Origin: Candidatus Doudnabacteria bacterium
GTDB lineage: Bacteria > Patescibacteriota > JAQUNI01
Assembly: GCA_041644975.1 (NCBI GenBank)
Contig: JBAZQX010000005.1
Span: 13,068-77,067, forward strand
Length of the DNA stretch: 64,000 nucleotides
Direction: 5' to 3'
Of this stretch, positions 37,150 through 47,322 are shown in pieces; positions within the stretch are counted from its first letter, which is position 1, and every line of letters starts with the position of its first letter. Below the pieces are notes generated by a model, which searched no databases, was not told where the DNA came from, and worked only from the letters and a program-made list of their open reading frames with translations. The position numbers and the translations under genes were made by a program.

Positions 37150-37851
37150 TTATATCCCTCTAATTTCCACTTTTTTCACATACTTTTCCGCGATCTTTTG
37201 GAAATTACGAATCACACTCTCCCTATAAACTTTTCTCTCTGGATCGGGCGCTAATGTTTTGAGGGGCTGATATTGCTGGAGCGCGTATTTTTCCGCGCCG
37301 GCGATAACCTTGACCATTTCCTCTAAATTATCCTTGCGCACAAGAGGCGGGAAAAGAGTAGTCCGAAATTCATAATGAAACCCATCTGGCTTTTTCGCTC
37401 GTAGCAGAAAAGCGGCGCTCTCTTTGATCCGCGCAAGTTCTACAGCCGGCTGCACTTTTGGATAATCCTGCCAGCTGGTTTTTAAATCCATCGCCGCGTA
37501 ATCCACAAACTTTTCTTGGATCAATTTTTTCAACATAACAGGATCGGAACCATTAGTATCTAGTTTAATCAGATAGCCTAAATCCTTCACTCGCGAAATA
37601 AAGCGAGGCAAATCCGCCTGCAGGGTCGGCTCGCCGCCGGTAATCACCAATGCTTCCAATTTGCCTTTTCTTTTGCCCAAAAACTTTAACACTTCCGTCT
37701 CGGTAAAAACGGGCAAACTGGAATCCTCTCTTACTAATTCAGGATTATAACAAAAAGCGCACCGGAGGGTACAGCCTGATGTGAAAATAATCGCCGCAAT
37801 CTTTCCCGGATAATCAAGAAGAGAAAATTTCTGAAAACCGCGGATTTGCAT
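37150..37851 (-). CDS. nrdG: anaerobic ribonucleoside-triphosphate reductase activating protein (radical SAM)
   Basis: CTLRCAFCYN cluster plus GGEP. Confidence 0.85.
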   Translation of the reverse strand: MQIRGFQKFSLLDYPGKIAAIIFTSGCTLRCAFCYNPELVREDSSLPVFTETEVLKFLGKRKGKLEALVITGGEPTLQADLPRFISRVKDLGYLIKLDTNGSDPVMLKKLIQEKFVDYAAMDLKTSWQDYPKVQPAVELARIKESAAFLLRAKKPDGFHYEFRTTLFPPLVRKDNLEEMVKVIAGAEKYALQQYQPLKTLAPDPERKVYRESVIRNFQKIAEKYVKKVEIRGI

Positions 37852-38247
37852 AAAAATAGTAACTAGTAACTCGTAGTTGGTAATTAAGACGAACCACCCT
37901 TCGGGCGAGATATTACTATTTACTAATTACTGATTACTTCTCTAACCCTTCACCTTTAGCTAAAGATGAAGGGTCTAATGCCTTATTATATTCCTTCCGA
38001 TCATGAAACTCCTCCTGCTTGCCGTCATTCCACTGTTTCACCGGCCGCAGATAACCAACAACGCGCGAATAAACCTCGCATTTTGTGCGTTGTAATTCTA
38101 AATTTTGTCTTGTCTGATTCATTTTATTTTCCTTACTTAAAAAATTATTTTTCATTTTTGATTGTCTCGCTTCGCGAGATCTCGCGAAGCGATGATGATT
38201 TTTCCTGCCCGCTGTGCTCTTAGCAAAGCATGGCGGGCGGGCACTTT

Positions 38248-41200
38248 TTATTTGTCTGGCTTCGCCAGATCTTGACGAACTGTGTAGCCGATTTCCGCGT
38301 CGCACTTAGGACAATATTCATGCTCGCCGGCGATATAGCCGTGCTTGGGACAGATGCTGAAGGTCGGCGTCAGGGTAAAATAGGGAAGGTGATAGCGGTG
38401 GCAAACCTTTTTAACTAAGCTTTTGACGGCAGTAATATTGGGCAGCCGTTCGCCAATAAAGCCGTGTAATACCGTGCCACCCGTGTAAAGACTCTGCAGG
38501 TCGTCCTGACAATCCAAGGCTTCAAATAAATCATCACTAAAGTTAACGGGAAGATGAGTGGAATTCGTGTAATACGGCTTTGCCCCTGCCTGATAAGCTC
38601 TTTCATTCGCCACAATAATTTTAGGATATTTTTCTTTGTCATATTTGGCGAAATTATAGCTTGTGCCTTCGGCCGGCGTCGCCTCTAAATTATACAATTG
38701 ATTCTCTTCGTTCTGATAATCCATCAGCCTTTCCCGCATAAAAACTAAAGTTTCCTTGGCAAACTTATGACCCTTATTTGTAGAGAGACTCGTTTTAAGA
38801 AGATTAAGGCAGGCTTCATTCATCCCCAAAAGACCAATGGTGTTAAAATGATTGCGCCAGTATTCACCAAAAGATTCTTTAATTTTGTCTAAGTAATGAC
38901 GGCAGTAGGGATAAAGACCTCCTTCGGTGAATTGCTCTAAAGCCTCTCTTTTCACCTGCAGACTTTTGCGCGCAACCGCCATTATTTTCCCCAAACGTTT
39001 AAAGAAATCTTCTTTATCTTTGGCTATATAGCCCAAGCGCGGCATATTGATCGTGACTACCCCGATAGAGCCCGTAAGCGGGTTCGCGCCAAAGAGTCCG
39101 CCGCCTCTCTTACGAAGCTCTCGGTTATCCAGGCGCAAACGACAACACATGCTGCGCGCGTCATCCGGACTCATATCAGAATTGACAAAGTTGGCAAAAT
39201 ACGGGACGCCATATTTAGCGGTCACTTCCCACAAGGGATTCCACTCGCGTTTCCCCCATTGAAAATCGCGGGTGATATTAATTGTGGGAATAGGAAAAGA
39301 AAAAACACGTCCCTTGGCATCGCCTTCAAGCATAGTTTCGCCAAAGGCGCGATTAAAAAAATCCATTTCTTTCTGGAATCGGCCATAAGTTTCATCTTTA
39401 AGCTTTCCACCAATTACCACAGGTTCATTTTTAATATTGGCAGGAATAGTTAAATCTAGTGTAATATTGGTAAAAGGCGTGTTGCCCGTAATAAATACTT
39501 TGCCTTTGCGCCGCGCGATCACGGTTTCATTTTCGGTATGCACTGACCAAATTACTCCATGATAATTGACTTTTTTTACCCGCGCGATATAAGTCTCGGG
39601 ATGCTTAATTATTCTCAAAACATAAATATCCTTCTGGCCAATGGTTGGCTTGCGCGTCATTACTGTAAAGCCATAACCGGCCTGGACCAGTATTATTTGC
39701 AACTGATCCAAAAGATCCAAATCCGTGGTCGCAATTTTACAGCCTTCAAAACCGTCGGCTTTAAGGTAAGTGTCTAAAAATAATCTCGCTTGCCGCTCAC
39801 TCAAATCCTGCAAGCAGGCAGGAATAAAATGTATATTCTCTTTCGTACCAAACCACTTATGAATCACTCTGGAACTTTCCGCATCCATTCTCATTCTTTG
39901 CACCTCACCCCCCAAACTTGCAGTCAAATATTCACTATAATGCAGCTTGAAATGTTTTAATAAATTAATAATTTCATTGTAATTCGCTCTATTTTGAAAC
40001 TTGGATTGATAAATGCTCACACGATAACAGCATCTGCGTTTTCCTGGCCGCTCGATTGAACCTTCACTGATCACCCAAGCTAAAAGTTGAATCTGATCAT
40101 CACTAACCTTCGCATCAAGGTTTGCGTTCTTTCCCGCGACAGGAATAATAAATGGCGACTTAAGTTTTAATATTGCTTCAATCGGCTCTAAAACATAGCC
40201 TCCATTACTAAACAATTTTCTTACTACCCTGTGCCCATGTGAAATTAATTGATCCTGTATTCTATTCTTTAAGTTGTACATTACGCCCTGGTATTGTCTT
40301 TTAAAAACCGAAGTAACCTTTTTTTCTTCTAGTTGGCTGTTTTTCAAATTGAAAGTTTTAATCTCATCGCCGGCTTTCACTTCACTATAGCCTCGCCAAC
40401 CTTCGCTGGTCAAAATCTCTGTGTCCCCTGAAAGACATTGAAAACCTACCCGCGTCGGCACATTCATATTAAACAAAAATTCCTGCAGGCACTGTTTAAT
40501 ATCCCCATAACTTAAATCATCATAGCGGATAAAAGGGGCAAGATAAGTATCAAAATTAGAGAAAGCCACTGCCCCTGCGATTTCGCCCTGCACGGTGTAA
40601 AAGAAATTAACAATCTGACCCAAGGCTGCGCGCAGGTGCTTGGGCGGGTGAGATTCAATCTTGCCGGAAACCCCGCCAAAACCGCGCATCAAAAGATCGC
40701 GTAAATCCCAGCCCGTGCAGTAAGCGGACAAAAGCTGAAGATCATGAATATGAAAATCCCGATTTAGATGCGCGTCCCGCACTTCCGGAGGATAAATCTT
40801 ATGCAACCAATAATGGGAGGAAACCGAGGACGCGACATGATTATTCAGTCCTTGCAGTGAAAAAGTCATATTGCTGTTTTCGCGGACGCGCCAATCCACC
40901 TGTGATAGATAGCCCTCCATTAGTTCGTCGGAGTCAATAAATTTCCGCAAATCCCTTAGTCTCGCGTGTTGATCGCGATAAAGAATATAGGCCTTCGCCG
41001 TCTTCGCGTGTCCTTCTTCAATCAAAACCTTTTCCACCAAATCTTGGATTTGCTCCACGGATGGGATAGTATGGCCATCAAATTTTTCATTTAAAAGGAT
41101 AACTACCTTGGCGGCTAATTGTCTGGCGAGTGCCCTATTCCGCCCCCCCACCGCTTGCGCCGCCTTAAAAATAGCCGTCGCGACTTTTTCTGGTTCAAAA

Positions 41201-41256
41201 GGAACAATCCTGCCATCCCGCTTCTTGATTTCCCTGACCTGTTTTGTTTTTGCCAT
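38248..41256 (-). CDS. nrdD: anaerobic ribonucleoside-triphosphate reductase with N-terminal ATP-cone and an internal LAGLIDADG intein
   Basis: N-terminal ATP-cone; NrdD catalytic regions. A 319 aa insertion begins CLSGDTEI and ends ITGN|T. Confidence 0.9.
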   Translation of the reverse strand: MAKTKQVREIKKRDGRIVPFEPEKVATAIFKAAQAVGGRNRALARQLAAKVVILLNEKFDGHTIPSVEQIQDLVEKVLIEEGHAKTAKAYILYRDQHARLRDLRKFIDSDELMEGYLSQVDWRVRENSNMTFSLQGLNNHVASSVSSHYWLHKIYPPEVRDAHLNRDFHIHDLQLLSAYCTGWDLRDLLMRGFGGVSGKIESHPPKHLRAALGQIVNFFYTVQGEIAGAVAFSNFDTYLAPFIRYDDLSYGDIKQCLQEFLFNMNVPTRVGFQCLSGDTEILTSEGWRGYSEVKAGDEIKTFNLKNSQLEEKKVTSVFKRQYQGVMYNLKNRIQDQLISHGHRVVRKLFSNGGYVLEPIEAILKLKSPFIIPVAGKNANLDAKVSDDQIQLLAWVISEGSIERPGKRRCCYRVSIYQSKFQNRANYNEIINLLKHFKLHYSEYLTASLGGEVQRMRMDAESSRVIHKWFGTKENIHFIPACLQDLSERQARLFLDTYLKADGFEGCKIATTDLDLLDQLQIILVQAGYGFTVMTRKPTIGQKDIYVLRIIKHPETYIARVKKVNYHGVIWSVHTENETVIARRKGKVFITGNTPFTNITLDLTIPANIKNEPVVIGGKLKDETYGRFQKEMDFFNRAFGETMLEGDAKGRVFSFPIPTINITRDFQWGKREWNPLWEVTAKYGVPYFANFVNSDMSPDDARSMCCRLRLDNRELRKRGGGLFGANPLTGSIGVVTINMPRLGYIAKDKEDFFKRLGKIMAVARKSLQVKREALEQFTEGGLYPYCRHYLDKIKESFGEYWRNHFNTIGLLGMNEACLNLLKTSLSTNKGHKFAKETLVFMRERLMDYQNEENQLYNLEATPAEGTSYNFAKYDKEKYPKIIVANERAYQAGAKPYYTNSTHLPVNFSDDLFEALDCQDDLQSLYTGGTVLHGFIGERLPNITAVKSLVKKVCHRYHLPYFTLTPTFSICPKHGYIAGEHEYCPKCDAEIGYTVRQDLAKPDK
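39481..40437 (-). mobile_element. intein (319 aa) with LAGLIDADG homing-endonuclease domain inside nrdD
   Basis: Block A CLSGDTEI. LAGLIDADG-type LLAWVISEGS and LFLDTYLKADGF. C-terminal ...ITGN followed by the +1 Thr. Confidence 0.75.
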
Positions 41257-41270
41257 TTTGGATTATTTAG

Positions 41271-41325
41271 TGTGTCGCTTCATCGAGCGACACACTTTAG
41301 GGTTTCGCTCATAAGCGGACACCCT
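41271..41325. repeat. pair of GC hairpins between nrdR and nrdD (gtgtcgcttcatcgagcgacac; gcggacaccctttggagtgtccgc)
   Basis: The first hairpin shares the core GTCGCTTCATCGAGCGAC with 46588-46612. Confidence 0.6.
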
Positions 41326-41372
41326 TTGGAGTGTCCGCTTTAATAGACGGGCTACCCTTTAGATTTTAATTT

Positions 41373-41849
41373 CTATTTTGGGCGGCAAATCTGTCTTTTG
41401 AGATCCGTAAATGCGCTTAGCTCTTGCGCAAAACTTTCTACATCTTTAAAAGACTTGTAGACCGAGGCAAAACGGATATAGGCTACCTCGTCCAACTTTT
41501 TCAATTCCTTCATCACCAATTCGCCGATTAAACGGCTCCCTATTTCTCTTTTTCTGTCCTCGCGAATCTTTTGCTCAATGCGGGAAAGCATCTTCAAGAT
41601 CGTCTCCTCGGCAATAGGACGTTTTTCGCAAGCGCGTCGGATACCTCGTTCTAATTTGGTGCGGTCATAGAGCTCACGCCGACCATCTTTTTTAATGACA
41701 TAAAAATTCAATAATTCCACTTCTTCATAGGTGGAAAAGCGGGAGCGGCATCTCGGGCATTCGCGGCGACGCCGAATGATAAAACCATCGTTCGCGCTCC
41801 TGGAATCCAGTACCTTGGTCTCGCTGGCGTGGCAATGGGGGCATTTCAT
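41373..41849 (-). CDS. nrdR: transcriptional repressor NrdR
   Basis: Zinc ribbon CPHC...CPRC plus ATP-cone. Confidence 0.9.
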   Translation of the reverse strand: MKCPHCHASETKVLDSRSANDGFIIRRRRECPRCRSRFSTYEEVELLNFYVIKKDGRRELYDRTKLERGIRRACEKRPIAEETILKMLSRIEQKIREDRKREIGSRLIGELVMKELKKLDEVAYIRFASVYKSFKDVESFAQELSAFTDLKRQICRPK

Positions 41850-41916
41850 ATATGTAGGTCAAATGTTCCTTTATATTTAGGAAAATGAAATCAATTAAGA
41901 AACTATTTTATATTGA

Positions 41917-42924
41917 CTACGCGGAACTTTCCGCTTTGTCCGTTCTTAAACTTTCTTTTTTCAAACATGGTTCTTTATCTAAATCTATTTCACTATCCCC
42001 AACTTTTAATTTCTTTCTTTGCACCCACACAAAACCCTTATCTGGCGTTATTACTGCAACATCAACTGGACCCCCAACTCCGGGCATATCTCCTGGATCA
42101 AAAGCAACACCATCAGAAAAACGTTGAATTGCGGAGGTAGTTTGAATCATTAAAACACAAAAATCAATTGCATCCTGTAAAGTCATTGTTCCCCATTGAA
42201 TAACATATTCTAGACTACGAAGTTGTTTAGTGAGTTCTTCCTTCCCGATCCTCTCACTTGCCTCGCTGACAAATTTCAAATTGCCGATTCTACCATCAAA
42301 GCCTAAAACAATCCTCGTCACTACGTCTATTTGTCCAATCCACGAAGCGCCATACTCTTTACCCTTTTCTAAACTATCTCTTTTCTTTTGGATTTCACCG
42401 GGGATATAGCAGGCATAAACTTCATGCGATCCATCTTTATTATAGCCAGCGATAAGAAGATTAATGGCGTCAATGCCGCCAATACCATCTTTCAAATTGC
42501 CTTGTGGATCCCGAAATTTAAATTTAACTAAATGTTGTTCTTGCTTTATTTCTATTATTTCACACCCTTGTTGCTTCAGATCATTCTTGATTTTCTCTGG
42601 CAGTTTCTCAAATTCTTCCCGCCACTTGTATTTTTTATTAAATAAATAATGTAACTTTTCCGCCATCTCTTTCACATCTATATTTTCTAAATCAGTCTCT
42701 CGTTTGAATTGCTCAATAAATTTACTTACATTTTTCGGCACGCCATCTTCGGGTAAAAAAGCGATTCCGGTAATTGCTACACCAACCCTACTATTCAGTT
42801 GGAAAAGCTTAGAAGCATTATCACTCCCGATCCGCGCCATTCCTTTCATGTTCCGAAAAGACTGTCGACTATCCGCCGCCAGGACAATACCTTCTGGAGT
42901 TGTTGTGTTGATTGCTAGAGACAT
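41917..42924 (-). CDS. proteasome beta-subunit-like Ntn hydrolase with approximately 100 aa internal insertion
   Basis: MSLAIN propeptide then TTTPEGIVLAADSRQS (Thr1 and GxxxAxDxR). Later GIAF and AGYNKDG...Y..IPG blocks. Confidence 0.5.
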   Translation of the reverse strand: MSLAINTTTPEGIVLAADSRQSFRNMKGMARIGSDNASKLFQLNSRVGVAITGIAFLPEDGVPKNVSKFIEQFKRETDLENIDVKEMAEKLHYLFNKKYKWREEFEKLPEKIKNDLKQQGCEIIEIKQEQHLVKFKFRDPQGNLKDGIGGIDAINLLIAGYNKDGSHEVYACYIPGEIQKKRDSLEKGKEYGASWIGQIDVVTRIVLGFDGRIGNLKFVSEASERIGKEELTKQLRSLEYVIQWGTMTLQDAIDFCVLMIQTTSAIQRFSDGVAFDPGDMPGVGGPVDVAVITPDKGFVWVQRKKLKVGDSEIDLDKEPCLKKESLRTDKAESSA

Positions 42925-42976
42925 GAAATTATTTTTAAACTTTTAAGTTTATAATAGACTATCATACAATGTCGAT

Positions 42977-43771
42977 TTAAGTAAAATTGTCCCAATTTTT
43001 TCCTAGTCTTAATATCTTAACCGCTCTCTTCAGGATTTCTTCGGATATAGATCTATTTGTCAGAATAAATAATTTTTTAGCTGATTGAAGCATCTTTCCT
43101 TCTGTAATGAGCCCTCTATAAACCATTATTGGCAGGAAATGAAAAAGATGATAAATAGTTATACCATTATATTCAAGATCAATCCCCAAATTTTTATATT
43201 CCTCCGTAACGGCATAGCAACCCACGCTCCCTATAGCACTAACCGTCGCAGCTAACCAAAAATCACCCAAATGATTGTGGTAATCTGCTACATGACCTGA
43301 CCAGGAACTTTGAGCTCGCCAGTTTTCAAAAACGAGGGAAGTAGTATCATGACTCCTATTTGGAGTCCCATGAAATAATGGGTTGCCGATTTCATTAAAT
43401 GATGCAGTAGTATTATATTGATCTGAGCCGTTTACGAAGGAGTAACTAACAACGAGATCTTCACCAATATTGATAGTGCCATTAGATCCTTTAATTTGAG
43501 GGGTAATATATGGGTAATTCATATCAACATTTTTAATCATAAAAGCAATATCATCTGATTTAATATAAGGTCTAATTTCCCTATTGTAGACTTCAAAAGA
43601 AGCACACCAATCAGGACAGATAAAATTCAATTCCTTAATTATCCCTAATTCGCATGCAAAGGTGGTAGGATTAGAATCCATTATACATTCTCTTTTCTCA
43701 TCATTCAATGCTATCACTTTTTCCACAAAATCTTCCGATAGATCCCTTGAGTCTTTCATCTTTTGTATCAT
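42977..43771 (-). CDS. hypothetical protein
   Basis: 264 aa; no recognised motifs. Confidence 0.45.
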   Translation of the reverse strand: MIQKMKDSRDLSEDFVEKVIALNDEKRECIMDSNPTTFACELGIIKELNFICPDWCASFEVYNREIRPYIKSDDIAFMIKNVDMNYPYITPQIKGSNGTINIGEDLVVSYSFVNGSDQYNTTASFNEIGNPLFHGTPNRSHDTTSLVFENWRAQSSWSGHVADYHNHLGDFWLAATVSAIGSVGCYAVTEEYKNLGIDLEYNGITIYHLFHFLPIMVYRGLITEGKMLQSAKKLFILTNRSISEEILKRAVKILRLGKNWDNFT

Positions 43772-44030
43772 CTTTTTATTTTAATTAAAATCTCCAGAGA
43801 ACCAAATCTTGTATTATGCGACCTAAGTATACCACAATCCATTGTGCTTGAGATGTGGATAACTCCTCTATTGCTCCATTGTTCTATTGTTCAATTGCTA
43901 CTTTATATTACTTGATTTAGACCTAACAATGGAACAATGAAACAATCAAACAATGATTAGTTTTTAAAATCAGAATAGCAAAAAACAAGCTATTCTAAAA
44001 GCTTGTCCTAAAAACACTATCACAAAATTT

Positions 44031-45146
44031 TTACCTTCCCATCTTCTTCCGGATGAAAGCAGGGATATCCAATTCGTCCTCGTTGCTCGTTTCTTCTTCC
44101 TCTTTCTCCGCTTCTTTAGTCTTGACCTCTAAGGCTTCTTCTGGGAGCTCGGCGCTAAAAATGTCTTCCTCTTCTTTCTTTCCTTCCTCCCTCTTTTTCC
44201 CCTCAAAGCCCGTGGCAATTACGGTGATTTTGAGTTCTCCTTCCACTTCAGGATCAATCACCGCGCCGAAAATAATTTTCGCCTCTGGCGACACTTTTTC
44301 CGTGATCACCTTAGCGGCTTCGTCAATTTCATACATTCCTAAATCCGACCCGCCAGTCACATTAAAGAGAACCCCTTTCGCCCCGTCAATAGAAAGCTCC
44401 AGAAGAGGACTGGAAATCGCCGCTTTAGCGGCCTCCCTGGCTCGCCCTTCACCGCTCGCACGACCGATACCCATTAAAGCAGAACCGGCGTCACGCATAA
44501 TTGCTTTCACGTCGGCAAAGTCCACGTTGACAATACCAGGGACGACAATCAAATCGGAAATGCCCTGCACGCCTTGGCGCAAAACATCATCCACAATTTC
44601 AAAAGCCTCTAAGAGTGAGGTGGATTTATCAATAACTTGTAAAAGACGATCATTGGGAATTGTAATCAGCGTATCCACTTCTTTCGCTAAAGACACTAAG
44701 CCTTGTTCCGCGATATTCCGCCGCGCTAAACCTTCAAAATTGAAGGGTTTCGTAATCACGCCAATCGTAAGCACTCCCGCCTCTCGCGCCAGGTTGGCGA
44801 TCACGGGACTCGCGCCCGTACCCGTCCCGCCGCCTAAACCACAGGTGATAAAAACCATATCCGCGCCTTTCAATGCCTTAGCGATTTCATCGCGGCCCTC
44901 TTCTGCCGCCTGCCGGCCGATTTCGGGGTCCATTCCGGCTCCCAATCCCTTAGTGATATTTTTACCAACGTGAATCCGCGTTTGAGCGCTGCTTTTCTGT
45001 AATGCTTGGGCATCAGTGTTAATGGCGATAAATTCCACACCCTTAATATCCGAAGCGATCATCCGATTAATCGCATTCCCTCCTGAACCGCCAACGCCTA
45101 CTACCTTTAACCGCGCAAAGGTTTCTAAATCTGGTTTAATCTCCAT
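44031..45146 (-). CDS. ftsZ: cell division GTPase FtsZ
   Basis: Tubulin signature [13 protein letters not shown]. Confidence 0.92.
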   Translation of the reverse strand: MEIKPDLETFARLKVVGVGGSGGNAINRMIASDIKGVEFIAINTDAQALQKSSAQTRIHVGKNITKGLGAGMDPEIGRQAAEEGRDEIAKALKGADMVFITCGLGGGTGTGASPVIANLAREAGVLTIGVITKPFNFEGLARRNIAEQGLVSLAKEVDTLITIPNDRLLQVIDKSTSLLEAFEIVDDVLRQGVQGISDLIVVPGIVNVDFADVKAIMRDAGSALMGIGRASGEGRAREAAKAAISSPLLELSIDGAKGVLFNVTGGSDLGMYEIDEAAKVITEKVSPEAKIIFGAVIDPEVEGELKITVIATGFEGKKREEGKKEEEDIFSAELPEEALEVKTKEAEKEEEETSNEDELDIPAFIRKKMGR

Positions 45147-45149
45147 AAA

Positions 45150-45225
45150 ATTCTTATAACGTGTAACTTAAAACTTGTAACTCAAGTAAATTCTCCCTTG
45201 TGTTACACGTTACAAGTTACAGGTT
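45150..45225. repeat. apparently empty copy of the TTGTAACT-type inverted-repeat pair (as flanks the four-helix-bundle cassette)
   Basis: cttataacgtgtaacttaaaacttgtaactcaag ... cttgtgttacacgttacaagttacagg with only a short spacer. Confidence 0.5.
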
Positions 45226-45290
45226 TCCAAAGTTCAAGTTATTATAGATGATTCTTTTCTTTATGGCAATACCTCTTGCCTAAAATTATC

Positions 45291-46535
45291 TTACGGTAAA
45301 AAATTCTTAAACCAACGTTTCATTCTGTCCATGCCGCTGTTCAATTTGGTTAAACCTTCACGGTTGAACTCAAAGGAAAACCTATTTCCCTCTCCCAACC
45401 CCCAATGAATTAGACCTGTGGCGGTGGCAAAAACAGGATCATCCACCTTATCCACAGATATTGAAAGCCCCATCGGAAAACCAATCTGCGCCGGGAGACG
45501 CAGAATTTCCTTAGCTAAATCAACCACCCCCGGCAACTTCGCGCCGCCGCCCACAAGCACCGCTCCTGCGGGCAACTGCGCGCTACGGCCAATTTTATGT
45601 AATTCTTTGTCAATCATCTTAAAAATTTCTTCACCACGGGCTTCAATAATCTCTGCAACTTCGCGTCTTGAAATCACTCCTTTCTCCTTCTTCACGACTT
45701 TCGCAAGGTCAATCTCTTCTTGTTTATCAATCTCGTGAGGCAAACAAGACCCATATTCAATCTTCACCCGTTCCGCCGTATCCATAGAAGTACGCAGTCC
45801 AATCGCCAAATCTGAACTAATATGCTCCCCGCCCACTGGCAGGGCCCCACCGGAAAGAAGCCCGCCCTCTTCATAAACGCTAAAACTTGTGCTTCCTCCT
45901 CCAAGGTCAATCAGCACGACGCCCAAATCACGTTGACGTTTTTCAAGTACCGACCAAGCGGAAGCCAAAGGCGCAAAAACTAATCCCGCAACATCCACCC
46001 CCGTGCGCTCCACGCAGCGCGTCAGATTATTAAGCAGGGAAGACGAAGTTTCCACGATGGTCGTCACCGCTTCCAAACGGACGCCGTTCATCCCTACGGG
46101 ATCTTTAATGCCGCCTTCATCATCCACGATAAAATCCCGCGGCAGGATATGCAAAATCTCCCGATTAGAAGAAATACTTACCGCGGAAGCGGCTTCAATC
46201 ACGCGGGAAACATCGTTTTTTGAAATCTCGCCGTCCGCCCTTGAAATCGCGATCACCCCACGAGACTCAAGATATGATATCTGCGCGCCGCCCACCGAGA
46301 CATAAGCCCGTCCCACTGGTGAACCCGCCATTCTCTCCGCTTTCTCTAAGGCGGAAGAAATACTCGTGACGATTTCTTCGGCGTCCACGATGGCACCCTT
46401 TCTGATCCCGAAAGAAGGAGACTCGCCAATTCCCAAAATACGGGGCTTGTCTTCTAAACCCCCTCTTTCTACAATAATCACCCGAATATTCGCCGAACCC
46501 AGGTCAATACCCGAAATAATTTCTTGTTTGGACAT
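45291..46535 (-). CDS. ftsA: cell division protein FtsA
   Basis: Actin-fold motifs GIDLGS and LIDLGGGSTS. Start placed at MSKQEII. Confidence 0.88.
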   Translation of the reverse strand: MSKQEIISGIDLGSANIRVIIVERGGLEDKPRILGIGESPSFGIRKGAIVDAEEIVTSISSALEKAERMAGSPVGRAYVSVGGAQISYLESRGVIAISRADGEISKNDVSRVIEAASAVSISSNREILHILPRDFIVDDEGGIKDPVGMNGVRLEAVTTIVETSSSLLNNLTRCVERTGVDVAGLVFAPLASAWSVLEKRQRDLGVVLIDLGGGSTSFSVYEEGGLLSGGALPVGGEHISSDLAIGLRTSMDTAERVKIEYGSCLPHEIDKQEEIDLAKVVKKEKGVISRREVAEIIEARGEEIFKMIDKELHKIGRSAQLPAGAVLVGGGAKLPGVVDLAKEILRLPAQIGFPMGLSISVDKVDDPVFATATGLIHWGLGEGNRFSFEFNREGLTKLNSGMDRMKRWFKNFLP

Positions 46536-46587
46536 AAATAAAATCAAAATGTAAAAATCAAAAATTGCTCCGTTGCTTCTTAAGGAT

Positions 46588-46612
46588 GTCGCTTCATCGA
46601 GCGACATCCTTA
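46588..46612. repeat. hairpin gatgtcgcttcatcgagcgacatc
   Basis: Same core as the hairpin at 41271. Confidence 0.6.
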
Positions 46613-46811
46613 AAGATCACTTTGTGAAAAGTCGCTTACGCTCCAAAGGCCTTAAGCCACGGCATACCCTGAATGCCCGCCTTCCAAAATTCATCCGTCT
46701 AGAATCCACTAAAGGCAGAAGAAGAATAGATCTTATACAGCGGATAAGGTCAGCAACAAAATGTCCCAAAGGGATCGCTTCGCGAAAAATGCAAAATTTT
46801 CAAAAGGTATA

Positions 46812-46888
46812 AACCCCGTTAGAGAACCTCGTTCTCTGACCCCGTTTAGAAATTTATTTGTAACGGGATGAACTTTCTCTAACGGGGT
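46812..46888. repeat. palindromic repeat family 2, 77-nt copy
   Basis: aaaccccgttagagaacctcgttctctgaccccgtttagaaatttatttgtaacggg...ctttctctaacggggtaaaa. Confidence 0.8.
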
Positions 46889-46928
46889 AAAATTATAAAA
46901 TTCTTTTTTTATCTTTTAAAAAATTTCT

Positions 46929-47288
46929 TCAGACGTAAGGACGAAAAATAAGGTAAACAGTCACCAACCAAGCTAGGAAAGCCAATAAAACAGCACCAGA
47001 CATCATATCCTTAATCACTTCGGCATAGGGATGGACACGGGGTTTTAAAATATCCACTATCTTTTCTAAAATCGTATTCAAAACTTCTAGGACTAAACCA
47101 GCAATGAGAGTTAAAATTAAAATCACCTTACTATTCAAAGCTACCTTATAGTATATCATAAAAAAAATAACAACAAAACTCAAAAAGACGGCAATCCGAA
47201 AATTTTGCTCCTCCCGAAAAGTGATGTAAATACCTCTAAAGGCACAACGAAAACTATACAATAGTTTTTTGAAATTTATAAACCGCAT
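46929..47288 (-). CDS. dgkA: diacylglycerol/undecaprenol kinase family protein
   Basis: Three TM helices; EVLNT...VHPYAEVIKDMMSGAVLLA. Confidence 0.75.
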   Translation of the reverse strand: MRFINFKKLLYSFRCAFRGIYITFREEQNFRIAVFLSFVVIFFMIYYKVALNSKVILILTLIAGLVLEVLNTILEKIVDILKPRVHPYAEVIKDMMSGAVLLAFLAWLVTVYLIFRPYV

Positions 47289-47322
47289 TCCTTGCTATGG
47301 TTTAAATAATATACTCTTCCTT

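Noticed and set aside
37934-38305. 123-aa Arg-rich ORF in the nrdG-nrdD spacer
   Set aside because: Overlaps the 3' end of nrdD, is composed largely of translated palindromes, and has no RBS.
41850-41916. NrdR box upstream of nrdR
   Set aside because: cctttatatttagg looked palindromic at first, but it is not its own reverse complement and does not match acaCwAtATaTwGtgt.
44053-44973. 306-aa plus-strand ORF rich in Ser/Ala/Pro
   Set aside because: Lies entirely antisense to the well-supported ftsZ; low-complexity shadow ORF.
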